Below are positions 1-6,812 of a DNA stretch of 14,604 nucleotides, one piece after another (within the stretch, counting starts at the first letter, position 1; each line of letters begins with the position of its first letter). The stretch covers positions 1 to 14,604 of the forward strand of contig JAQCIU010000054.1 in the NCBI GenBank assembly GCA_027593235.1. The letters run 5' to 3'. The notes beneath the pieces were generated by a model that saw nothing but the letters and a program-made list of their open reading frames with translations, was not told the DNA's origin and did no database searches. Both the position numbers and the translations under genes were made by a program. This DNA is from Chloroflexota bacterium (GTDB taxonomy: Bacteria; Chloroflexota; Dehalococcoidia; UBA2979).

Positions 1-90
1 AAGATCAGTACCTGTGTCCGCGTCATGCTGGGCGACTGGAGCGACCTCCCTGCTCAGTAAGCAGATGGTCTACGAATCGGGACACGAAGA

Positions 91-112
91 TGGCCCGCGC
101 GGAGGCGGGCCA
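91..112 (-). terminator. Probable terminator hairpin downstream of tRNA-Gly
   Basis: Perfect 8-bp inverted repeat TGGCCCGC/GCGGGCCA with a 6-nt loop, 17 nt past the tRNA CCA end. On the minus strand it is followed by a weak U-rich tail (TCTTCGT). Confidence 0.6.
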
Positions 113-129
113 CATATAGGTATCTGTAT

Positions 130-204
130 TGGAGCGGGAGATGGGATTCGAACCCACGACCCTCTGCTTGGGAAGCAGATGCTCTACCCCTGAGCTACTC
201 CCGC
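130..204 (-). tRNA. tRNA-Gly (anticodon CCC)
   Basis: Reverse complement GCGGGAGTAGCTCAGGGGTAGAGCATCTGCTTCCCAAGCAGAGGGTCGTGGGTTCGAATCCCATCTCCCGCTCCA (75 nt) folds as a cloverleaf: acceptor stem GCGGGAG/CTCCCGC, D-stem GCTC/GAGC, anticodon arm TCTGC-TTCCCAA-GCAGA, T-loop TTCGAAT, discriminator U, encoded CCA. Confidence 0.98.
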
Positions 205-217
205 CCGAGGCGATGCC

Positions 218-246
218 AGTCTAGGTCTCGCCTCCGAACGCGTCGA
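218..246 (-). promoter_or_regulatory. Putative sigma70-type promoter of tRNA-Gly
   Basis: Minus strand TCGACG (246-241), 17-nt spacer, TAGACT (223-218), ending 13 nt before the tRNA 5' end. Confidence 0.6.
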
Positions 247-315
247 GTTCGAGGTTGATCGAGGCGGATCGCCGCGTTGGCGCGGCGGTCCACTACGCTG
301 CCGCCAGGAGGAACG

Positions 316-1080
316 ATGCCCAAGCTCGACCGTGGCGGTGTTCGAATTCACTACGAGGACCACGGCAGCGGCACGCCGATCCTGCTGACCCACGGATATG
401 GCGCCACTAGCGCGATGTGGGACGAGCAAGTGCAGGCGTTCTCCGACCGCTATCGCATCATCACCTGGGACATGCGCGGGCACGGCGCCTCGGACAGCCC
501 CGAGGACGGCGCGCTCTACTCGGAGGAGGCGACCGTCGCCGACATGGTCGCCATCCTCGAGGTCTGCGGCATTCCGGAGGCGGTGATCGGCGGTTTGTCG
601 CTTGGCGTCTACATGTCGCTGGCGTTCTACCTCGCGCATCCGCAGGCGGTGCGGGCGCTGCTGCTGTTCGATACCGGCCCCGGCTATCGCAGTGCGCAGG
701 CGCGCGAGGCGTGGAATGTGACCGCCGAGGCCCGCGCGGTCCGCTTCGAGACCGAAGGGCTTGCCGCGCTGAGCAGCGGCTCCGAGGTGCGGCGTAGCCG
801 TCACCAGTCGGCGGCGGGGCTCGCGCACGCGGCGCGGGGAATGCTCGCCCAGTTCAGTTCGAACGTGATCGATGGGTTGCCGTCGATCGCCGTGCCAACG
901 CTCAACCTCGTCGGTGAGACGGACGCGCCGTACCTGAACGCCACGGATTACATGGCGGCGAAGATCCCGGGTGCGATGAAAGTGGTGATCGCGGACGCCG
1001 GTCACTCCTCCAACATCGACCAGCCGACGGCCTTCAATGCGGCGATGGAGGCGTTTCTCACCGACGCTGGCATCAACTAA
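316..1080 (+). CDS. Alpha/beta fold hydrolase (Abhydrolase_1; enol-lactonase/MenH-like group, substrate unknown)
   Basis: ATG at 316 follows an AGGAGG SD at 306-311. Motifs: LLTHGYG (oxyanion), DMRGHGAS, GLSLG nucleophile elbow, GETD acid region, GHSSN catalytic His. Confidence 0.9.
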   Translation: MPKLDRGGVRIHYEDHGSGTPILLTHGYGATSAMWDEQVQAFSDRYRIITWDMRGHGASDSPEDGALYSEEATVADMVAILEVCGIPEAVIGGLSLGVYMSLAFYLAHPQAVRALLLFDTGPGYRSAQAREAWNVTAEARAVRFETEGLAALSSGSEVRRSRHQSAAGLAHAARGMLAQFSSNVIDGLPSIAVPTLNLVGETDAPYLNATDYMAAKIPGAMKVVIADAGHSSNIDQPTAFNAAMEAFLTDAGIN

Positions 1081-1134
1081 GTCCCGAACCGCCCGCCCGG
1101 TGATCGCGTGCCCGGCCACGCTAGTATCAGCCGC

Positions 1135-2232
1135 ATGATTACTCGTGAGTTTGTCTCGCTGGGATCCCCCACGGCGCGCCAGAACCCGGCGGGGTTCAAC
1201 CCGTGCCAGGGGCTGCTGCATCGCGATTCCGCGGGCACGGCGCGGACCGCGATGATCGCCACCCACTACAACGTCGACTTCAGTGAGCACTACCTCGGGC
1301 CGCTGATGGCGGCGCGTGGCATCGACTTCCTCGGCTGGAACACGCGCTATCGCGGAAACGAGGCGTTCTTCCTCCTGGAGCAGGCGCTCGTAGACATCGG
1401 GGTCGGCGTCGACTTCCTGCGAGAGCGCGGCTACGAGCGCGTCGTGATCCTCGGAAACTCCGGCGGCGGCTCGCTGATGGGGGCGTACCAGTCGCAGGCT
1501 GTCGAGCCAAACATCACACCCACACGCGGGGGTCGTCTGCCCGAAGAGGTGACACGGCTCAGCCCGGCGGACCTCTATATCTCGCTGAACGCCCACCTCG
1601 GACGTCCCGAGGTGCTGACCGCCTGGTTCGATCCATCCGTGGTCGACGAGGGCGACCCGCTCGCCGCCGACCCGGAACTGGATCTCTTTCAGCGCGACCT
1701 CCCGCTCGACGCGGAGTTCGTCACCCGTTACCGGGCGGCCCAGGTCGCGAGGAACGAGCGGATCACGCGCTGGGCAATCGCGGAACTGGAACGCGTCCGC
1801 GAACGCGGGTTCCGCGATCGGGCCTTCAACCTCTTCCGTACGTGGGCCGACCCGCGGATGGTCGATGGCACCCTCGATCCCTCCGATCGAGCAGTCGGGG
1901 TCTGTTACGCCGGCGATCCCCGGCTCGCCAACTACTCGCCAGCGGGCATCGGCCTCACCAACACGCTGCGCACGTGGCTCTCGATGTGGAGTCTCGACGA
2001 ATCGCAGTGCGTCGGCGCGCCTCACCTCGGGCGCATCACCGTTCCCGCGTTGGTGATCCAGAGCCTGGCCGACACCGGCGTGTTCCCCAGCGATGCCGCG
2101 GCGATCTTCGAGGCGCTGGGGAGTTCCGATAAGACAAAGGAGCTGGTCGCTGGCGATCACTACCTGGTCGAACCGGCGACTGCTCGCGATGCCGTCGCCG
2201 ATCGAATCGCAGGCTGGATATCCGATCATTGA
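1135..2232 (+). CDS. Alpha/beta hydrolase, uncharacterised family
   Basis: GNSGG nucleophile elbow after a hydrophobic strand (VVILGNSGGGS), plus C-terminal LVIQSLAD and GDHY as candidate acid and His. Strong GC3 bias. Start set at ATG 1135 (no SD; TAGTAT -10-like box 7 nt upstream); the ORF track starts at GTG 1108. Confidence 0.85.
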   Translation: MITREFVSLGSPTARQNPAGFNPCQGLLHRDSAGTARTAMIATHYNVDFSEHYLGPLMAARGIDFLGWNTRYRGNEAFFLLEQALVDIGVGVDFLRERGYERVVILGNSGGGSLMGAYQSQAVEPNITPTRGGRLPEEVTRLSPADLYISLNAHLGRPEVLTAWFDPSVVDEGDPLAADPELDLFQRDLPLDAEFVTRYRAAQVARNERITRWAIAELERVRERGFRDRAFNLFRTWADPRMVDGTLDPSDRAVGVCYAGDPRLANYSPAGIGLTNTLRTWLSMWSLDESQCVGAPHLGRITVPALVIQSLADTGVFPSDAAAIFEALGSSDKTKELVAGDHYLVEPATARDAVADRIAGWISDH

Positions 2233-2316
2233 GCGCCAGTTGGGCGGTCCGTCGGCCCGACGATTGCGCGGGCGCGGTCCCTCTGCTCCGCTGAGTAACG
2301 AACCGGAGGTGCGCCG

Positions 2317-3318
2317 ATGACCGATCGTCCCCTTGTCGCAATCACGCTGGGCGACCCGTCCGGCATCGGGCCAGAGGTCGTGGCGAACGCCCTCGCGCAG
2401 CGTGCCACCCACGAGCACGGGCGGCTCTTCGTTATCGGCGATGCCGGCGCGCTGGAGCGCGCCGTCGCGCTGGTCGGATCAGGCGCCGCGATCCGCACGA
2501 TCGACAGCGCCGCCGCCGCGAATAGCGACCCCGCGACGATCGACGTCCTCGAGGTACCCGGCGTCAGCGCGGAGTTCCCGATCGGCCGACTCTCACTCGA
2601 GTCCGCGAGGGCCAGTCATGCCTGGGTGGAGCGCGCAGCCGGCCTGGCGATCAGCGGCGAGGTCGCGGCAATGGCGACTGCGCCGGTGAACAAGGAGGGC
2701 TGGCGCGCTGCCGGCATCGCCGACACCGGCCACCAGGAAGTCTTGAAGCGCATGAGTGGCTCTGATCACGTCGCCACGATGCTGGTCAGCGGCGAGCTTC
2801 GCTGCATGCATCTCTCGACGCACCTCTCGCTCGCCGCCGCCTGCGCCTACGTGACGCGCGAGCACGTCCTGCGCGCCATCCGCTTGACCCATGAGCACTT
2901 CACGCGTTGGGGGTTCGCGAGCCCTCGGATCGGCGTCGCGGCGCTCAACCCGCACGCCAGCGACAACGGGCTGATTGGCACCACCGAGCAGGATGAGATC
3001 GCGCCGGCGATCGCCGATGCGGTCGCCCTCGGCATCGACGCCCACGGGCCGACGCCGGCCGACAGCATATTCAACCAGGCGATCGACGGGCAGTACGACG
3101 TGGTGGTGGTGATGTACCACGATCAGGGGCACATCCCGATCAAGGTCCACGGCTTCGAGGAGAGCGTCAGCGTGAACCTCGGCCTGCCGTTCGTGCGCAC
3201 GTCCGTCGATCACGGCACGGCATTCGACATCGCCGGCAAGAACGTGGCGCAGTCGACGAGCATGGTCGAGGCGATTGTGCTGGCGGAGCGGTTAGCGGTC
3301 GGACGGTCGCTGAATTAG
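2317..3318 (+). CDS. pdxA: PdxA-family metal-dependent dehydrogenase (4-hydroxythreonine-4-phosphate / D-threonate-4-phosphate dehydrogenase-like)
   Basis: GGAGGT SD. Motifs AITLGDPSGIGPE, TAPVNK, STH, LNPHA, MYHDQG, NLGLPFVRTSVDHGTAFDIAG. Confidence 0.93.
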   Translation: MTDRPLVAITLGDPSGIGPEVVANALAQRATHEHGRLFVIGDAGALERAVALVGSGAAIRTIDSAAAANSDPATIDVLEVPGVSAEFPIGRLSLESARASHAWVERAAGLAISGEVAAMATAPVNKEGWRAAGIADTGHQEVLKRMSGSDHVATMLVSGELRCMHLSTHLSLAAACAYVTREHVLRAIRLTHEHFTRWGFASPRIGVAALNPHASDNGLIGTTEQDEIAPAIADAVALGIDAHGPTPADSIFNQAIDGQYDVVVVMYHDQGHIPIKVHGFEESVSVNLGLPFVRTSVDHGTAFDIAGKNVAQSTSMVEAIVLAERLAVGRSLN

Positions 3319-3324
3319 CGACGT

Positions 3325-3348
3325 GGGCGCGCGCCTCGGGCGCCGCCC
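3325..3348. terminator. GC-rich hairpin between convergent genes (possible terminator)
   Basis: GGGCGCGCGCC-TCG-GGCGCCGCCC gives 10 bp with one bulge, in the 42-nt gap between the convergent stops at 3318 and 3361. No U-tract. Confidence 0.4.
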
Positions 3349-3360
3349 GCTGCAGGCGAA

Positions 3361-3603
3361 CTAGTCGAGGTGGATGACACCGGCGGCGCGCGCGATCACC
3401 TCGGGCCGTGGCCACATGGTGCGCAGTTCGCGGGCACAACGCGCCTCTGATTCGATGTCGCCGGTCGCGCGAGCGAGGGCCAGGCCGCGGCGCAGGCGAG
3501 TCCACACTCTCAGGTATTCGCGATAAGACGCCTGCACATAGGCCTCTTGCTCGTCCTCGGGCACGTCTAGAACGCGGTCGAAGTCGACCGAGATTCCGGT
3601 CAT
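3361..3603 (-). CDS. Small hypothetical protein (80 aa), paralog A of a tandem pair
   Basis: ATG at 3603 with GGAGGC SD 7 nt upstream. 33 of 68 residues identical, without gaps, to the adjacent ORF 3749..4021, which supports both as real genes. Confidence 0.85.
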   Translation of the reverse strand: MTGISVDFDRVLDVPEDEQEAYVQASYREYLRVWTRLRRGLALARATGDIESEARCARELRTMWPRPEVIARAAGVIHLD

Positions 3604-3748
3604 CAGGCGTGCCTCCATCGCTCGGACAACTCGCCCGAGGAACTGAGGCTAAGGGGACAGAGGGAGCGATTCCGTAAGGACGAAATGAAATCCGGTGTTA
3701 CTTTTTGCCAACGATTGTGAATCGATCGGGAACAACCGCGCGTAACAG

Positions 3749-4021
3749 CTAACGGTCCGGATCCGGTTGCAACGGGTGCTCACGTTCCGGGAGCGGCACC
3801 CACGCGGCGTCCGCCACGTCGTCCGGCTGCGGCCAGACGTGGCGCAACTCTTCTACCAGCCGTGCGATCACTTCCTGGGCACCCGCGCGTCGCGCGTCGC
3901 GCAGCGCCTCGACACGTTCGTTCCACGCCCGCAGGTAGTCGTGGTACGCGCAGCGCGAGTACGCCTCCTGCTCATCGGGAGCGACATCCAGCACAACGTC
4001 CGATGAAAGCTGAGGAGTCAT
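3749..4021 (-). CDS. Small hypothetical protein (90 aa), paralog B of a tandem pair
   Basis: Shares VLDVxxDEQEAY, YxxYLRxW and ELRxxWPxP with 3361..3603. The SD is weak, so the start is less certain. Confidence 0.82.
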   Translation of the reverse strand: MTPQLSSDVVLDVAPDEQEAYSRCAYHDYLRAWNERVEALRDARRAGAQEVIARLVEELRHVWPQPDDVADAAWVPLPEREHPLQPDPDR

Positions 4022-4090
4022 GAATCGCCTGACAGCGCCAACAGCGATGTGGCACTCAACGATCCTCGACGAAACCCGGTCGCTGCCGAC

Positions 4091-4118
4091 AGCGGGGATT
4101 CCCCGACATCAGGGGATT
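4091..4118. promoter_or_regulatory. Three alternating GGGGAWT half-sites (candidate transcription factor operator)
   Basis: AGCGGGGATTCCCCGACATCAGGGGATT: palindrome CGGGGA-T-TCCCCG (4093-4105) plus a second GGGGATT at 4112-4118. Confidence 0.4.
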
Positions 4119-4149
4119 GGACAGACGGTCGTGAGCCCCCGCGTTCCGC

Positions 4150-5112
4150 TTAACTTGCGCGAGCCCGGTACCACTCCACCGTCGCCGTTGCCGCGGCCTC
4201 CAACGGGGTCGAAGGGTCGCCGAACGCCGCGACGTATTTGGAATGGTCGAGGATGAACGGCTCCTCGAACTCGTGCAGCATCTCGATCAGCTCTCGCACC
4301 TGCGGGTTGGTGAGCCCCAGCGCCCGCAACAGCAGCTTGGGCGCGACCTGGATCTTCGGTTCGCCCGTCCCGGCGGCGCTCGCCAGCAGTCGCAGATACT
4401 CCCGGGTGGTTACCGTTCCGCCCGACGGTACGTGCCAGACCTCGCCGAGGGCTTCATCCCGTTCGCCCAGCGTGACCAACGCCCGCCCCACGTCCGGCAT
4501 GTAGGTGTACGTGTGCGGCAGGTCGATATTGCCAACGACCTGCGCCTTCTTGCCCGCGAGGAGTGCCGGCACCACGCGATCGCCCAGTGCCGAGCTGGTG
4601 ACCCGCGGCCCGACGAAGTCCGCCGCGCGCGCCACCGCGACCGCCACGTCTCCGCGAGCGTGGGCCGCCATCAGGTCGTCGTGCATCGCCGCCCGGATGC
4701 GCCCCTTCTTCGTCGTGGCCGATTGCGGGAGCGACTCAGTCATCGGCACGCCACCGGTTGGGCCGTACATGTAGACATTTTCCATCGCTACCAGCCGCGC
4801 ACCGGCGCGCTTCGCGGCTTCCAGCACGTTCGCCTGCATCGGCGGGAACAACTGCCGCCACTGGTGGTATTCCGGGTTGAGCGCGAAATAAACGACGGTG
4901 GCCCCGTCTGCGGCGCTAATCGCCAGCGCCGGATCCATCGCATCCGCGCTGACCCATTCCACATCCGCACCGTCCGGCGCGCCGGCGGAACGACCGCTGC
5001 GATTCACCAGCCGCACCCGCTTCCCGCGGGCGCGCAGCTCCTCGGCGACGGTCAGACCAACCGGTCCCGCCCCGAAGATCACATGCAGCTCGTCACGATC
5101 GGTGCTCACCAC
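4150..5112 (-). CDS. NAD(P)-dependent epimerase/dehydratase family (atypical SDR)
   Basis: N-terminal Rossmann motif HVIFGAGPVG, LVNRSG, ENVYMYG, KGRIR, TYMPDVGRAL. GGAGGT SD at 5124-5119 favours a GTG start at 5112 or 5109 over 5166. Confidence 0.9.
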   Translation of the reverse strand: MVSTDRDELHVIFGAGPVGLTVAEELRARGKRVRLVNRSGRSAGAPDGADVEWVSADAMDPALAISAADGATVVYFALNPEYHQWRQLFPPMQANVLEAAKRAGARLVAMENVYMYGPTGGVPMTESLPQSATTKKGRIRAAMHDDLMAAHARGDVAVAVARAADFVGPRVTSSALGDRVVPALLAGKKAQVVGNIDLPHTYTYMPDVGRALVTLGERDEALGEVWHVPSGGTVTTREYLRLLASAAGTGEPKIQVAPKLLLRALGLTNPQVRELIEMLHEFEEPFILDHSKYVAAFGDPSTPLEAAATATVEWYRARAS

Positions 5113-5175
5113 AGCCTCACCTCCGGTCGCAGCCTCGGCGACGCTGAGCCAGCATCTCCGGCTCACCAGCCGTTG

Positions 5176-5556
5176 TCACCCCTCCACCGCGTTCTCGACA
5201 TGCGTGATCCCTTCGACCGACCCATCCGCCGCGAGATCGATCGCCACGAGGTCGATTCGCAGGTCCGGCGGCAGCCGCGGGTGTTCCGAGGCGTAGACCT
5301 CGGCCAGGGCCCGCAACCGCCGCTGCTTCGTCGCCGAGAGCGCCTCGATCGCTCGTCCCGTCTTCCGAGGGCGTCGCAGCTTCACCTCGATGAAGACCAG
5401 CACGGGCGAGGGTCCGCGTGCGTCGATCGCGATCAGATCGACTTCGCCTTCACGGCGTCGCACGTTGTGGTCGAGGACCTCGAAGCCACGCTCGACGAGG
5501 TATGCCGCGGCGAGCCGCTCACCCGCATCGCCCAATCGCCGGCGCGGGTCGGACAC
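5176..5556 (-). CDS. yraN: YraN family protein (UPF0102, PD-(D/E)xK fold)
   Basis: LGDAGERLAAAYL, NVRRREGEVDLIA, VFIEVKLR, RIDLVAI, HVENA. Canonical position directly downstream of rnhB. Confidence 0.93.
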   Translation of the reverse strand: MSDPRRRLGDAGERLAAAYLVERGFEVLDHNVRRREGEVDLIAIDARGPSPVLVFIEVKLRRPRKTGRAIEALSATKQRRLRALAEVYASEHPRLPPDLRIDLVAIDLAADGSVEGITHVENAVEG

Positions 5557-5561
5557 CGTGT

Positions 5562-6215
5562 TTAGCGCACCGCGGCGCGGACCGGGGCGAATGAGAGGCG
5601 GTGGATGTTGCTGTAGCCCAAGCGCTCCAGTGCTTCGCGGTGCTCGGCGGTTGCGTAACCCTTATGTACCGCCAGCCCGTAGCCGGGGAAGCGCTCCTCA
5701 AGCGCGCACATCATCCGGTCGCGCGTCACCTTCGCCACGATGCTCGCGGCGGCTACGGAGGCGCAGCGCGCGTCCCCCTTCACCTCGCTGCGTTGCACCA
5801 CGTTCCCGGCGATCACCTCGCGACCATCCACGATCAGCGCGTCCGGCGCCACGGAAAGCCCTTCGACGGCGAGTCGCATCGCCAGGCGCGTCGCGCGGAG
5901 AATGTTGATCTGATCGATCACCTGAGCGGAAACGATTCCGATCGCCCACTCCGAGTGCTCGGTGATGTCGGGGTAGAGCGCTTCACGCTGGGCCGCGCTC
6001 AGCTGCTTCGAATCGCGGAGGCGCCCGATCCAGCCGGCCCTCGATATGTCGCCTGACGGACGGAGCGGCAGCACGACGGCAGCCGCGACCACGGGGCCGG
6101 CCAGCGGTCCGCGGCCCACCTCGTCCACCCCGGCGACACGCTCGGCGCCCTCGCGCCACAGCGCGCGTTCCACGCGCCAGCCCGGACGGACGCGGGTTCG
6201 AACGGCAGTTGTCAT
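5562..6215 (-). CDS. rnhB: Ribonuclease HII
   Basis: AGVDEVGRGPLAGPV, LRDSK, IVDG, KGD, SVAAASIVAKVTRD, HKGY, HRLSF. Start set at ATG 6215 (the track extends it to 6281). Confidence 0.96.
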   Translation of the reverse strand: MTTAVRTRVRPGWRVERALWREGAERVAGVDEVGRGPLAGPVVAAAVVLPLRPSGDISRAGWIGRLRDSKQLSAAQREALYPDITEHSEWAIGIVSAQVIDQINILRATRLAMRLAVEGLSVAPDALIVDGREVIAGNVVQRSEVKGDARCASVAAASIVAKVTRDRMMCALEERFPGYGLAVHKGYATAEHREALERLGYSNIHRLSFAPVRAAVR

Positions 6216-6221
6216 GGGCGC

Positions 6222-6251
6222 ATCGTCGTCTGTGCGATATCGAGCAGTCAA
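6222..6251 (-). promoter_or_regulatory. Putative promoter for a leaderless rnhB-yraN transcript
   Basis: Minus strand TTGACT (6251-6246), 18-nt spacer, GACGAT (6227-6222), 6 nt, then ATG 6215. No SD. Confidence 0.45.
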
Positions 6252-6347
6252 GTGATCGAAAGGAAAGCAGGCAACGGCCACCCTCCTTATGCAGACCGCG
6301 CATCGTCAGCTCCAACCACCATCAGGCGCCCCGTGCAAAGGAACAAC

Positions 6348-6557
6348 ATGCCGATCATCCGCATCGAGATGCTGCCGGGCCGATCGCTCGCCCAGAAGCG
6401 CGAGCTGACGCGTGTCATTACGGACGCCGTCTGCAATATCGCCCATACCCAGCCGGAACAAACCGTTGTCCTGTTCCAGGAGTACTCCGTGGAGGACTGG
6501 GCGTTCGATGGCAAGCTGTATGTCGATCATGACGATGAGGAAGACGACGAAGACTGA
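6348..6557 (+). CDS. 4-oxalocrotonate tautomerase family protein (69 aa)
   Basis: ATG 6348 after AAAGGA. Begins MPIIRIEMLPGRSLAQKREL, with catalytic Pro1 and Arg11, and has the W-x-x-x-G C-terminal pattern. Confidence 0.92.
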   Translation: MPIIRIEMLPGRSLAQKRELTRVITDAVCNIAHTQPEQTVVLFQEYSVEDWAFDGKLYVDHDDEEDDED

Positions 6558-6669
6558 CGCTTCTCGCTCACTGCGGGCCGCGAGCATATCTTGTCGATAA
6601 TCGGTCCAAAGAGGGGTCAAAGATCCCGAATTGCTAGGGTCGTTGCTCACCGAGGCCCCGAGCGACGAG

Positions 6670-6678
6670 TGCTACACT
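6670..6678 (+). promoter_or_regulatory. Candidate extended -10 promoter element for ftsH
   Basis: TGCTACACT (TGn + TACACT) about 135 nt upstream of the ftsH ATG. A second -10-like TACCAT lies at 6687-6692. Confidence 0.4.
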
Positions 6679-6812
6679 TGGTGGCGTACCATGCTTGATC
6701 TGGCGCCTCACGGGGTGTCGAAACACACGGATATCCGCCGGGTCTCCCACCGCCCGGGCGCCCACAGCAGGCCCAGGTCTGGTGTGCGAGAGCTGAAACG
6801 GCAGGAACGCCC

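Noticed and set aside
1-26. Possible gene start on the minus strand (MTRTQVLI...)
   Set aside because: Only 8 codons are visible and the nearest SD-like GGGAGG is 18 nt away.
1-129. Possible integration site at the tRNA-Gly 3' end
   Set aside because: No integrase and no duplicated tRNA 3' end in the window; a normal terminator-like hairpin follows the tRNA. Sequence left of the window would be needed.
236-250. GAAC-N7-GTTC resembling a LexA box
   Set aside because: The Gram-positive-type SOS box has N4 spacing, and the flanking genes are not SOS genes.
316-2232. Two hydrolases in the same frame separated by a single TAA (possible readthrough fusion or split gene)
   Set aside because: Each has its own complete nucleophile and His motifs, and the second has its own -10-like element. 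Frame sharing is a one-in-three coincidence.
184-2418. 744-aa minus-strand ORF
   Set aside because: Antisense shadow of the two hydrolases and the start of pdxA, which share one frame. It has no recognisable motifs, and high-GC codon bias explains the lack of stops.
3361-4021. Toxin-antitoxin or defence interpretation of the small gene pair
   Set aside because: The genes are homologous to each other, are separated by 145 nt rather than overlapping, and show no known toxin, antitoxin or nuclease motif.
6558-6812. Possible ncRNA or heat-shock operator (CIRCE/HAIR) upstream of ftsH
   Set aside because: No match to these operators or to RNA families I recognise; only small hairpins and -10-like boxes.
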